A model generated the notes under the pieces. The model did not search any database. It had not been told where the DNA came from and saw only the letters and a list, made by a program, of their open reading frames with translations. From Macrostomum lignano (lineage: Eukaryota), in NCBI GenBank assembly GCA_002269645.1, contig NIVC01002242.1:62001-126000 (forward strand): 64,000 nt of DNA, in the 5' to 3' direction. Shown here one piece after another: positions 63,736 to 64,000 of this stretch. Both the position numbers and the translations under genes were made by a program. The stretch's first letter is position 1. Every line of letters begins with the position of its first letter.

Positions 63736-64000
63736 CTGCAGGTGGCGAGGAGGGTAGCGGATCGGTAAGCATATCCCGGACTACAGATATTAAAAAACCA
63801 TAGACAGTTCGTTAGTAATACTCGTTTAAGCTAATCTTAATTTAGTAGCTTGAACGAACAGGCAGATCCACGCAGACTGTCGCTTTAATTTTCGACAGTG
63901 CCCAAAAAAGCAAACGCTAAAAACTGTTGGCTTGAATCCGGTTCTAACATGGTGTTCCTTAAAGCTTTGTGTTTTTGCCAACTTCGGGTTCGTAAAGACG

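Noticed and set aside
63860-63952. MLEPDSSQQ... as HSBP1 first exon
   Set aside because: No phase-0 GT donor at a suitable position and weak similarity.

Overview
Eukaryotic (animal) genomic DNA with spliced genes; no prokaryotic features. GC-rich exons, minisatellite-filled introns and tRNA-derived SINEs resemble a free-living flatworm such as Macrostomum (inference only). Reading-frame-consistent splice models built by hand give: DBR1 (+), SHOC2 (+), a divergent class-B/adhesion-type 7TM receptor (-), TMEM216-like (-), CDK20 (+), CYP26-like P450 (-), TTLL10-like (+), LRRCC1 (-, ~17 kb, with an FMRFamide-receptor-like GPCR nested antisense in one intron) and the last exon of HSBP1 (-). Mobile DNA includes a dead Crypton-type tyrosine recombinase, a Tc1/IS630-like deletion derivative, two MITEs and two SINE families. 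Most long ORFs in the supplied track are artefacts of tandem repeats. Top observations: (1) CDK20 intron 1 is a tandem array of 45-nt GT...AG cassettes (candidate recursive splice sites); (2) a perfect DR5 (RARE-type) element lies ~430 bp upstream of a hidden CYP26 first exon; (3) an array of U1-5'-end/5'-splice-site motifs lies just 3' of DBR1; (4) four cilium/basal-body genes are clustered; (5) LRRCC1 probably has two GC-AG introns plus the nested GPCR; (6) most larger introns carry their own private minisatellite. All family calls come from remembered motifs, not database searches.
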